A model generated the notes under the pieces. That model made no database searches and had not been told where the DNA came from. It was given only the letters and a program-made list of their open reading frames with translations. The translations under genes were made by a program, and so were the position numbers. 64,000 nucleotides of DNA. It comes from an uncultured Candidatus Saccharibacteria bacterium. GTDB lineage: Bacteria; Patescibacteriota; Saccharimonadia; Saccharimonadales; Saccharimonadaceae. Below are positions 28,755-37,199 of the stretch, in pieces; position 1 is the stretch's first letter; every line of letters begins with the position of its first letter. The stretch lies in assembly GCA_963527295.1 (NCBI GenBank), contig CAURPR010000001.1, positions 52,520 to 116,519 on the forward strand, given 5' to 3'.

Positions 28755-29753
28755 ATGGAACTGATGGGTATAAACATTGTCGTTGTCGGCGGCGGTACGG
28801 GTAGCTTCACATTACTGAGTGGATTAAAAAATTATACACACAACATTACCGCCTTGGTTAACATGGTGGATGATGGTGGGTCAACAGGACAGCTGAGGGA
28901 TGAATTGGGGGTTTTGCCGGCCGGTGACGTCCGGCAGTGCTTGGTGGCGCTGAGCACTTCGTCAAAGGTGAGAGACCTGTTCAACTACCGCTTTGATGAA
29001 GGTAGTATGAAAGGCCACGCGTTCGGTAATCTATTCATGGCAGCCCTAGAAAAAATGACGGGTAATTTTACTGAAGCTGTCAAAGTGGCTGGAGAAGTGC
29101 TCAATATCCGAGGACGAGTAGAGCCCATCACATTTGACAATATAACGCTTGTTACGCGGCTGTCTGACGGTACGGTTGTGAGAGGTCAACATGAGGCTGA
29201 ATCATTGATCATTCCCGTTGGTGAGCGTCCGTGGTTGGACCTGGAGCCGACCGCTCGCATCAATCTACAGGCACGGCAGGCAATATTGAATGCGGATTTG
29301 GTGGTGATTGCGCCGGGGTTGTTGTACGGTAGCCTGGCGCCGGCCCTGTTGGTTAGCGGTGTAACGCGCGCCCTCGCTGAGACCAAGGCTAAAAAGGTAT
29401 ACGTTTGTAATCTGGTGAATAAGCCTGGTCAGACTGATGAGTTCACGGTTGCGGATTATGCCAGTGAAATTGAACGGTTTGCAGGTGTCAAATTGGACCA
29501 CGTGCTATACAACAACCATCGTCCGTCGCAGGAATTGATTGATCGGTACGCTAAAGATGGCGAACTACTGGTCGAGTGGAACAAAGAAGAGCTAAAAAAG
29601 AAGCATTTTTACGCCTCAGGTAAGCGATTGATCGCTGATGAAGTCTGGGAAAACACCAATGCTGCCAGTGACCCGCTGGCAGCGCAGCGTAGTTTGATTC
29701 GGCACGATGCTGACAGAGTGGCGCGTGAGTTGATGCGAATTTATTTTGCCTAG
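28755..29753 (+). CDS. YvcK/CofD-family protein (gluconeogenesis factor-like)
   Basis: VVVGGGTGSFTLLSGLK, VNMVDDGGSTGQLR and GDVRQCL are hallmark UPF0052/CofD motifs. Confidence 0.88.
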   Translation: MELMGINIVVVGGGTGSFTLLSGLKNYTHNITALVNMVDDGGSTGQLRDELGVLPAGDVRQCLVALSTSSKVRDLFNYRFDEGSMKGHAFGNLFMAALEKMTGNFTEAVKVAGEVLNIRGRVEPITFDNITLVTRLSDGTVVRGQHEAESLIIPVGERPWLDLEPTARINLQARQAILNADLVVIAPGLLYGSLAPALLVSGVTRALAETKAKKVYVCNLVNKPGQTDEFTVADYASEIERFAGVKLDHVLYNNHRPSQELIDRYAKDGELLVEWNKEELKKKHFYASGKRLIADEVWENTNAASDPLAAQRSLIRHDADRVARELMRIYFA

Positions 29754-29828
29754 ATGAGTTAAAGTTGTGACTGGAGGCGCTATACTTGCAAAATATTATA
29801 TTTTGTGATATAGTGTAATCTGTTAACT

Positions 29829-31532
29829 ATGACGGACAATACACAAAAATCAGTAAAGACGATTGATAATTCTGGCAACCTCTCTCGGAGAGGTGAGATA
29901 TTTTATCATTCTGAAGCCTTATCTAAGGAACTAGTGGAGACGTTCGGTGGTCATCATATGACGCCAGCGCGTCGTTCGGCGGCAAGACTGATCATAGAGA
30001 TGCCGACGGATATCGAGGAGAATGAGCGGATTGATTACATCACCTCGGCACTTGATAATGATGAAACGATAACCACCGAGACTCAGCGAGATGTCGTGAT
30101 TGGTATTCTTGAGGACTATAAGGTCTTGCAAGGTTTGTTTGCGTCATATGTTGAAGGAATTGATGAGACGACGTTGCAGGGTAAAGCATTGCGGCTAGAA
30201 GATGGTCAGCAGATCCCTGGTGATTTAGGAGAGGACAATACGCAAAGTCCGTGGTCTGAGAGTCCGCCAATCCCGGTGCCACGTATCGATGATTTGATCA
30301 AAACGTTTTCAACTAAGGGTGAGGGTGCTCAGGGTATTGGACTAGAAACAGCGATGATCGTTGGGGCGGTAACACTTGCCAAATTAAAAGCTACTCCATA
30401 TCACGACGCAGCAGTCTATAGGCAAGCAGTGTTTGCAAAAAACTTTTTGATCCCTGTGTGTAGTATTGTTGGGCTTGATAATCTAGAATCTGAGTTGAAT
30501 GATGAAGTAGATATCATTACTGGGCGAAATATCGGCGATGGTATGGATGGCAGTGATTTGAGTAATGACATTGATCCATTGATTGATGAAGTAGATAGGG
30601 TTGAATCGCTACATTTTGGTCCTAAGGACTCGGTCGATCCTGAGCGATTTAATTTTGCTATGAATAATATTAATCAAATTTTTTCTCGGTTGCTTGGTAA
30701 GCCAGATTTGCGGCCAGCTGTGGAGACAACCTCACCTCATAATACACTGTTTGTAGTTGGTACTGTGGCAGCGCGAAACGGTATTAAGACAGAAGCGCGA
30801 GCTCGTGGTAAGGGGCGAGGCTCGTATTTGAAAAAGTTTCTAAGGCGCATAGGATATTATGAGCCGCATTCTCAGCCGCTGAAGGATGAAGGTGATCTTC
30901 ACCCGATTGATCTGTATGGCATGGTGGTGATCGCCGATGATGATAAGCAGATGGCCGATTTGTATGCTGAGGCGGTGATCAATGCCCTGAATGATGAGAA
31001 TATTACGCCATATCCATCACCTGGACGCGATAAGGAATGCTTTGTTATCAAGGGGTCTCCAGAATTTCAGGAGAATGTTCGCAGGGCAGTCCTTGAGATG
31101 ATTCCTGACGCTGATATGGAGTTATTTAGCTTTAAAGACAGCGGTAGGGACTTTACTGACGCAAAAATTACTGGTTTCTCCGAGACAGGTGACACGCGAG
31201 TGCCGTTTGCACCATTTGAAATGCAGTTCTCGACGCCAGATGCTCGCTTGGTGGCACGAACTGGTAAAAAAGCGGCACACTTCTTCTTTAAATTGCGTAA
31301 GATATATGGCGATTTAGTAAATATGACTGATGAGACAGCTGATGCGATCATTGATATTTGGCAGCGTAAGCAGGACTACTTTACGAGCCCCGATGACAGT
31401 GCTAAGGAAGATCACCTGACAAACCAGAGTCGTGAACGGGTAGAGTACTTTAAGGAGGGGGCGCTAGATAGGCGTAAATCCTTGCTTAAACGCGTTCGTG
31501 ATATGGCTAGACAAGCACTGGATAGTATATAA
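29829..31532 (+). CDS. Highly divergent RelA/SpoT-homologue-like protein (function tentative)
   Basis: The ORF itself is solid (567 aa). Motif-level resemblance to RSH: FLIPVCSIVGLDNLESELNDE vs yaPlA.rLGi..ik.ELED; GRGSYLKKFLRR vs GR.K..ySi..Km.R; IDLYGMVVIA vs i.Dl.g.RIi; FEMQFSTPDARLVARTGKKAAHFFFK vs vEiQiRT..M...AE.G.aAHw.YK. Confidence 0.4.
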   Translation: MTDNTQKSVKTIDNSGNLSRRGEIFYHSEALSKELVETFGGHHMTPARRSAARLIIEMPTDIEENERIDYITSALDNDETITTETQRDVVIGILEDYKVLQGLFASYVEGIDETTLQGKALRLEDGQQIPGDLGEDNTQSPWSESPPIPVPRIDDLIKTFSTKGEGAQGIGLETAMIVGAVTLAKLKATPYHDAAVYRQAVFAKNFLIPVCSIVGLDNLESELNDEVDIITGRNIGDGMDGSDLSNDIDPLIDEVDRVESLHFGPKDSVDPERFNFAMNNINQIFSRLLGKPDLRPAVETTSPHNTLFVVGTVAARNGIKTEARARGKGRGSYLKKFLRRIGYYEPHSQPLKDEGDLHPIDLYGMVVIADDDKQMADLYAEAVINALNDENITPYPSPGRDKECFVIKGSPEFQENVRRAVLEMIPDADMELFSFKDSGRDFTDAKITGFSETGDTRVPFAPFEMQFSTPDARLVARTGKKAAHFFFKLRKIYGDLVNMTDETADAIIDIWQRKQDYFTSPDDSAKEDHLTNQSRERVEYFKEGALDRRKSLLKRVRDMARQALDSI

Positions 31533-31540
31533 TTACCTAT

Positions 31541-31966
31541 ATGACGATTTACTACACTGACGGTTCTGCTTCGCCAAACCCTGGTCCGGGTGGGTTTGCG
31601 GTGATTCGTGATCTTGAGCCATGGATTTTGGGCTCAGAGGACGGTGAGACGACGAATATTCGCATGGAAGGCAAGGCGCTGATCGCGGCGCTTCAGGACG
31701 CGGACGAGGCGCCGTGCGTGATCTACACTGATAGCGAGTTTTGGATCAATGTGGTGACTAAGTGGGCACCCGGCTGGCAGCAGCGCGGCTGGACGAAGAA
31801 GGGTGGCGAGATCAAAAATCTGGACATCGTGCGTGAGCTATATGAGCTGTATTCGAATTCGCAGGCGGAACTCCGCTGGGTGCGCGGTCATGAGGGCGAC
31901 GAAGGTAATGAACTGGCGGACACCTGGGCCAACCGAGCGCGTGAAGGCGAAAGATTGACCAAATAA
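31541..31966 (+). CDS. rnhA: Ribonuclease HI
   Basis: DEDD catalytic set in context (YTDGSASPNPGPGG, MEGKAL, IYTDSEF, NELAD). 141 aa. Confidence 0.9.
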   Translation: MTIYYTDGSASPNPGPGGFAVIRDLEPWILGSEDGETTNIRMEGKALIAALQDADEAPCVIYTDSEFWINVVTKWAPGWQQRGWTKKGGEIKNLDIVRELYELYSNSQAELRWVRGHEGDEGNELADTWANRAREGERLTK

Positions 31967-31989
31967 TACATTTCTGATATAATATAAGC

Positions 31990-32505
31990 ATGAGCGGATT
32001 ACATGTGCCAGACCGCGTGCAGCTTGAGCTGCATCCATTTTACTCCTATCCAGATTCGGCTGATTGGCTGTACGCACGCATTGGTGTTGCCACGGCGGTT
32101 GATATTCGTGGCGATGCATTATATGTCAGGGCAGGTGTTGGCGATAGTAAGGATCACGATAAACTAGCTGGCAAGGTTGATCCAGGTAGTGATAAAAATA
32201 TAGCGCTACCGTCTGAGATGTATGCAAAGCAGGGAATAGTGACTACATGGTATTATCCTAACATGGGAGGTAGGCTTGAAGGGCTGGCTGGTCCGATGGT
32301 GAAGAAAGGTCTTAACCCAGAGGCTAAACTGACATGGGAAGAGACGAAAAAATGTTTAAGGATGGCGGCGCTGGCGATTGGTTTGTTTATGATTAAGCCG
32401 CCGTCCGATGTGGCAGAACGGACAGATCTCCATGCTATTGAGGTTAGTAAAGAAGATTTAACTGCAGCAAAAGAGCAATTTGGTAGGCGTATAATCTCAA
32501 CTTAG
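31990..32505 (+). CDS. Hypothetical protein (171 aa)
   Basis: Own canonical promoter TTGACC (31955-31960), 17 nt, TATAAT (31978-31983), 6 nt, ATG. One hydrophobic segment. No family recognised. Confidence 0.55.
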   Translation: MSGLHVPDRVQLELHPFYSYPDSADWLYARIGVATAVDIRGDALYVRAGVGDSKDHDKLAGKVDPGSDKNIALPSEMYAKQGIVTTWYYPNMGGRLEGLAGPMVKKGLNPEAKLTWEETKKCLRMAALAIGLFMIKPPSDVAERTDLHAIEVSKEDLTAAKEQFGRRIIST

Positions 32506-32541
32506 CTGGCGGTGTCTAGTAAAAATTGCTATACTAGGGCA

Positions 32542-33519
32542 ATGGAAGAAGTGAGGGAAACGACTGATATTTTTTTGTGGGCGAATCAAACTGACGCGAA
32601 AAAGAACGATTTACAGATAGAGCTGTTCTTATTTAATAAAAATTACACGCCGTATGCTATGTCTTTGAAAGGCGATGTCGAGCAGCAGCTCAGGCCGCTA
32701 TTTTTGTTTGATTATATCAATCAAGTTAATTTGGGCGCCGGCACTGGCCTCAGCGTGCGCGACTATGAGCTGAGTGAAGCGGAAGACAACGTGCTGCTGC
32801 GAACAGACCTCGCCAAGGTCGGCCGAGCGGAAACCTTGATTCATTTGATCGAGCATGAGCGTGGTGATATCGTGGAGTTTTCGGAAACTGAGCATGAGTT
32901 TAAGCGAATGAAGGGAGTGATAGCGCGGTTTACTGATCCGAATGATCCAGAAAAAATCTTTTACACCGCCAAGTTAATTCAGCAGGGACAGACGCTCAAA
33001 AGCGCGCTAGCATGGGAGTTTTCTGATGGCAAGTTTGGTGCGTTTAAGGCGGAAGTCGGTTTTAAGGTGCCGGATGATAACCAGGTGCTGATCATTGGTC
33101 AGGATATTTTTGCCTTTAATCCAGGCAAATTTGAGCGGATGTTTGGCTATGAGTACAAGAAGCAAGTGATTGCCGATAAGAAAGTGGCGGAAATTGAAAA
33201 ACAATATAAGTTGAGTTTCCCGGAGGGGCTGGATCTGAATGCGCTGGTCAAGGAACGCAAAAAGACCATCAATAAGTTGCAGAAATTGGAGATCGGCGAG
33301 GTTAAGCAAGAGCAGGTGTTAGACTATGCTGATGAGATGCAGCTGGAGCTAATGAGCGATGATAACGGCGCAATCATCATTATGGACGGTAATGACCTCG
33401 ACATGTTTGTGAACTTGATCAATGAGGACTACATCGAGAGCAAAATTACTGGTAAACGCTATGAAATTAAATCGAAAAAACTGCTGGGTGAGCCTGAGGG
33501 TGAACCGCCGCGAGGTTAA
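32542..33519 (+). CDS. Hypothetical protein (325 aa) immediately upstream of (2-nt gap) the PIF1-type helicase
   Basis: TATACT 32530-32535 lies 6 nt before ATG 32542 (track start GTG 32512 is possible). The stop is 2 nt before the helicase ATG. No confident family from motifs alone. Confidence 0.6.
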   Translation: MEEVRETTDIFLWANQTDAKKNDLQIELFLFNKNYTPYAMSLKGDVEQQLRPLFLFDYINQVNLGAGTGLSVRDYELSEAEDNVLLRTDLAKVGRAETLIHLIEHERGDIVEFSETEHEFKRMKGVIARFTDPNDPEKIFYTAKLIQQGQTLKSALAWEFSDGKFGAFKAEVGFKVPDDNQVLIIGQDIFAFNPGKFERMFGYEYKKQVIADKKVAEIEKQYKLSFPEGLDLNALVKERKKTINKLQKLEIGEVKQEQVLDYADEMQLELMSDDNGAIIIMDGNDLDMFVNLINEDYIESKITGKRYEIKSKKLLGEPEGEPPRG

Positions 33520-33521
33520 GT

Positions 33522-35042
33522 ATGGACCAGGAGTTGGCGCTGGCGATTTTGATGAGCGGTCGGTCGGCGCTGCTGACGGGTGCGGCTGGTACCGGCAAGA
33601 CGCACCTGCTGAATACTTTTATTGCACAGGCGCGTGACCAGGGTAAAAAGGTGTCGGTAACAGCGACGACGGGCTTGGCGGCGACGCATTTGGGCGGCAA
33701 TACCATTCACAGTTGGAGTGGTATTGGTGTCAGTGATCACTTGGCGAACAACTTTTTTGATCGGCTGTCAAAAACGCGACGTGAGGTAATTACGAAGACT
33801 GATGTGCTGGTGATTGACGAGATTTCCATGCTGCATGATTTTCGGCTGGACATGGTCGATCGGGTGTTGCGTGGTGTCCGGGAGAATGACCAGCCATTTG
33901 GCGGTATTCAGCTAGTGATGAGTGGTGACTTTTTCCAATTACCGCCAATTAATCGTCCGGGTGAGCAGGGCGGTGGTTTTGTAGTGTATTCGGAAGCGTG
34001 GCAGGAGTTACAGCCGGCGGTGCTATATCTGGAGCGGCAATATCGGCAAAATGACGAGCAGCTCCTCGAGATTTTGACGGCACTGAGGAGTGACGATATC
34101 AGACGGCATCATGCTGAAGTGTTGCTGGCGCGAACGGAGGTCGAATTGCCTGATGGTGATATCACCGAACTACACACCGTCAATGTTGATGTCGACGCCA
34201 TTAATAGCCAGAAGCTGGCGGAACTGGCGGGTGGGGAACGAACGTACCAGCAGACGACGACCGGTTCAAAAGTATATGTCGAGAACTTGCAGCGGTCGGT
34301 ACTGGCGCCGAGTGAACTGGTGTTGAAACTGGGTGCGTTGGTGATGGCGGTGAAAAATTCGCCGCAGAAATTGTACGCCAATGGTAGCATCGGCACGGTG
34401 GTGGATTTTGAGCCGCTGACCGATTATCCGATTGTGGAGTTTCGTAACGGCCGGCAGGTGACGATGCTGCCAGATGTCTGGGAACTACGTGACGGTGAGC
34501 GCAAGCGAGCCAGTATTTCCCAGGTGCCGCTGCGCCTAGCGTGGGCTATCACCGTGCATAAAAGCCAGGGTATGACCTTGGATGCGGCTAAGATTGACCT
34601 GAGAAAGGCGTTTGTTGAGGGCATGGGCTACGTGGCCTTGAGCCGGGTGCGGGATTTGGATAATTTATATTTGTATGGAATTAATCGTAAGGCGCTGGAA
34701 ATTTCACCGGATGCATTGGCAATTGATGAGGTGTTGCAGCGGGCAAGTAATGAAGCAGCCAGGCACTATCGTCCAATGCTGGAGGATATGAAGCGAAAAC
34801 AGTCAGCGCCGAAAAAATCAGGCAGGAAATCTCAGTCTGGCAGCTGGCAGCAAAAAATTGCCAAAATGCGCGAAACCTATCCCAAAGCCTACATGCCGTG
34901 GGAAAAAGCCGACGACGACATTCTCAAACAAGAGTTTCTACAGGGCGCAACCATCCAGCAACTTAGTCAAAGACTTGGTCGCCATGAAGGCTCAATTCGC
35001 ATGCGACTGCAGAAGCATTTTGGGGAAGATATCGTAGCGTAA
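33522..35042 (+). CDS. PIF1/RecD-family SF1B DNA helicase with C-terminal HTH
   Basis: Walker A GAAGTGKTH, Walker B VLVIDEISM, and the ITVHKSQG motif. The C-terminal MPWEKADDDILKQEFLQGATIQQLSQRLGRHEGSIRMRL is HTH-like. Confidence 0.88.
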   Translation: MDQELALAILMSGRSALLTGAAGTGKTHLLNTFIAQARDQGKKVSVTATTGLAATHLGGNTIHSWSGIGVSDHLANNFFDRLSKTRREVITKTDVLVIDEISMLHDFRLDMVDRVLRGVRENDQPFGGIQLVMSGDFFQLPPINRPGEQGGGFVVYSEAWQELQPAVLYLERQYRQNDEQLLEILTALRSDDIRRHHAEVLLARTEVELPDGDITELHTVNVDVDAINSQKLAELAGGERTYQQTTTGSKVYVENLQRSVLAPSELVLKLGALVMAVKNSPQKLYANGSIGTVVDFEPLTDYPIVEFRNGRQVTMLPDVWELRDGERKRASISQVPLRLAWAITVHKSQGMTLDAAKIDLRKAFVEGMGYVALSRVRDLDNLYLYGINRKALEISPDALAIDEVLQRASNEAARHYRPMLEDMKRKQSAPKKSGRKSQSGSWQQKIAKMRETYPKAYMPWEKADDDILKQEFLQGATIQQLSQRLGRHEGSIRMRLQKHFGEDIVA

Positions 35043-35068
35043 GCAGAGTATACGGTATAATGATAGAT

Positions 35069-36331
35069 ATGACGGATGCAAAACGATCAAATCCAAGCTT
35101 TCCAAAACGATTTTTATGGGGTGCGGCTATTTCGGCGCACCAGACGGAAGGAGGCTTGAACAATCAGTGGACCGCCTGGGAACTGGAAAATGCCAAAACG
35201 TTAGCCACGCAGGCACCATACAGTTTTGGACGGACTGCTATGTGGTCGTATGTGGAAAAAGAGGCTACCAATCCTGACAATTATGTTTCAGGCACTGGAG
35301 TTGAGCATTATTCGCGGTATGAAGAAGACTTTCAATTATTGGAGCAAATGGGGCTTAATTCATTTCGGTTTGGAATCGAATGGGCTCGTGTGGAGCCAGA
35401 AGAGGGTGCTTGGGATGCGTCGGTGATTGATCATTATCGCACCTATTTGAAACGGTTGAAAGAATTGGAAATCACCCCCGTAGTAACGCTGTTTCATTTT
35501 ACCTTGCCAGTTTGGTTTGCCGAGAAAGGTGGCTTTGAGAGGCGAAGTAATGTAGCTTATTTTGTGCGATTTGTGGAAAAGATTTTCGATGAGCTGGGTC
35601 GTGATCTGGAGTGGATTATTAGTATCAATGAGCCGCTGGTGTATGTTGGGGAAAGTTATTTTCAGGGAGTATGGCCGCCAAATCAAACCAAAAGATTACT
35701 CGGCTTTAAGGTGTTGATGAATTTGATACGGGCGCACAAACAGGTCTACAAGCTTGCGTGCAAAAATCGCCGCCACAAGGTGTCGATGGCGCATAATTTA
35801 TCGTACATTTACGCTGGGGACGACGCTTGGGTGTCGCGGCTGAGTGCTCGAGTGGCTGACTACTTTATCAATCAGTGGATCGTTCGGCGAGTACGCAAGC
35901 ATAGTAATTTTCTGGCGGTCAATTATTACTTTGCGCAACGGTTTTTTGGGTATCGAGTGCATAATTCTGAGAAAAACCCAGAAAGCGACTTGGGCTGGGA
36001 TATGCAGCCAGACAAATTGTATGAGCTGCTAGTTGAAACGTACAAAAAGCACCAATTGTCAATTTTTATCACAGAGAATGGGTTGGCTGATGCGACAGAT
36101 CAACACCGTAAATGGTGGCTGATGGAAACGATTCGAGCTATGGACAGGGCGCTCAAAGAAGACGTCAAAATCATCGGCTATCTGCACTGGAGTCTACTCG
36201 ATAACTTTGAGTGGGACAAGGGATACTGGCCGAAGTTTGGTCTGGCAAGGGTTGATAGAAAGACCATGGAACGTACGTTGCGGGCAAGTGGTAAATGGTA
36301 TGGTATGGTCGTGAAGCGATTGCGATCATAG
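35069..36331 (+). CDS. Glycoside hydrolase family 1 (beta-glucosidase-like)
   Basis: FLWGAAISAHQTEGG, acid/base NEP (SINEPLVY), nucleophile ITENG. The track start 35060 lies inside TATAAT 35056-35061. Confidence 0.93.
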   Translation: MTDAKRSNPSFPKRFLWGAAISAHQTEGGLNNQWTAWELENAKTLATQAPYSFGRTAMWSYVEKEATNPDNYVSGTGVEHYSRYEEDFQLLEQMGLNSFRFGIEWARVEPEEGAWDASVIDHYRTYLKRLKELEITPVVTLFHFTLPVWFAEKGGFERRSNVAYFVRFVEKIFDELGRDLEWIISINEPLVYVGESYFQGVWPPNQTKRLLGFKVLMNLIRAHKQVYKLACKNRRHKVSMAHNLSYIYAGDDAWVSRLSARVADYFINQWIVRRVRKHSNFLAVNYYFAQRFFGYRVHNSEKNPESDLGWDMQPDKLYELLVETYKKHQLSIFITENGLADATDQHRKWWLMETIRAMDRALKEDVKIIGYLHWSLLDNFEWDKGYWPKFGLARVDRKTMERTLRASGKWYGMVVKRLRS

Positions 36332-36360
36332 TGTTCAGCTAGCCACACAGTACACTAGAC

Positions 36361-36390
36361 TTTTCCACAATTTTGTGGAAAAGTTTTCGT
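36361..36390 (+). terminator. Putative terminator after the GH1 gene
   Basis: Palindrome TTTTCCACAA-TT-TTGTGGAAAA (36361-36382) followed by GTTTTCGTTT. The AU-rich stem makes it weak. Confidence 0.4.
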
Positions 36391-36391
36391 T

Positions 36392-36456
36392 TGGGGGTAA
36401 AATGGGTAAAAAGTACTAAAAAAGACTTGCAAGTGGGTAGTTGTGGGTAGTATTAT
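36392..36456 (+). promoter_or_regulatory. mraZ/dcw promoter with MraZ-box-like GTGGG direct repeats
   Basis: TTGCAA (36427-36432), 18 nt, TATTAT (36451-36456). The spacer holds GTGGGTAGTT-GTGGGTAG (GTGGG at 36433 and 36443, 10-bp phase). Further TGGGG/TGGGT copies at 36392 and 36403. Confidence 0.5.
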
Positions 36457-36549
36457 GAAGTCAGTGGTAACGGCAACGAGCTGTTGAACAATAACAAACA
36501 ACCACTAACATTAAAAAATCAATCTAATTCCGTCAGGGAAGGAGCCTCA

Positions 36550-36924
36550 GTGCAAGTAGATTACTTTGAGCGAAAGCTGGACGACAAGCGTCGTTTGACG
36601 ATGCCAGCTGAACTCAGGGAGGAATTTGCATCTGGTGTGGTCCTGACCAGAGGGTTTGGCAAATACCTCCACCTATATCCGCGGCGTGTTTGGGATAAAG
36701 AAGTCGAGAGCGCTTTGCAGGGTAGTATCCTGGATGAGCGAATTGCCGACCTGAACGTTAAGTTCCGACGGGGTAAAACGGCATCGACGCTTGACCAAAA
36801 ACAAGGTCGGGTGACAGTAGAACAGCATTTGCTGGACTATGCTGGCATTGACCGGGAAATTGTGGCGGTTCGCGCCGGAGCATATTTCCGAGTGATGGCA
36901 GCCGATGCAGTCGACGCGGATTGA
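36550..36924 (+). CDS. mraZ: Transcriptional regulator MraZ
   Basis: Two SpoVT/AbrB-like halves (LDDKRRLTMPAELREEF and LDQKQGRVTVEQHLLDYAGI). GTG 36550 follows a GGAAGGAG SD; the track start TTG 36484 is less likely. Confidence 0.82.
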   Translation: MQVDYFERKLDDKRRLTMPAELREEFASGVVLTRGFGKYLHLYPRRVWDKEVESALQGSILDERIADLNVKFRRGKTASTLDQKQGRVTVEQHLLDYAGIDREIVAVRAGAYFRVMAADAVDAD

Positions 36925-36957
36925 TGAACTGTACGCACATTAACAATTAGGAAACCT

Positions 36958-37176
36958 CTCGAGATCAACTACCTGGGTATTTGAGAAGAGCACTCGTGGC
37001 TATTTGCTCCACAATAAAAACGGCAATGCACCTTCCTTAAAACACCTCCCAAAAAAACTCCACCTCACACATAAGTCTCTTTTGGAAAACACGCTTTTCC
37101 TCTCTTAAAGACATAAAAAACAAACACAAAACAAACACAAAAGCTCAAATTAAATATCCAGATAGGTGATCTCGAG
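36958..37176. repeat. CA-rich non-coding segment bounded by a 14-bp inverted repeat
   Basis: CTCGAGATCAACTA (36958-36971) matches the reverse complement of TAGGTGATCTCGAG (37163-37176) at 13/14 positions. The interior is C/A-rich with a tandem ACAAACACAAA x2 (about 37119-37141) and has no ORF. Confidence 0.5.
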
Positions 37177-37199
37177 CATTATTCCGTTATAATGGAGTA

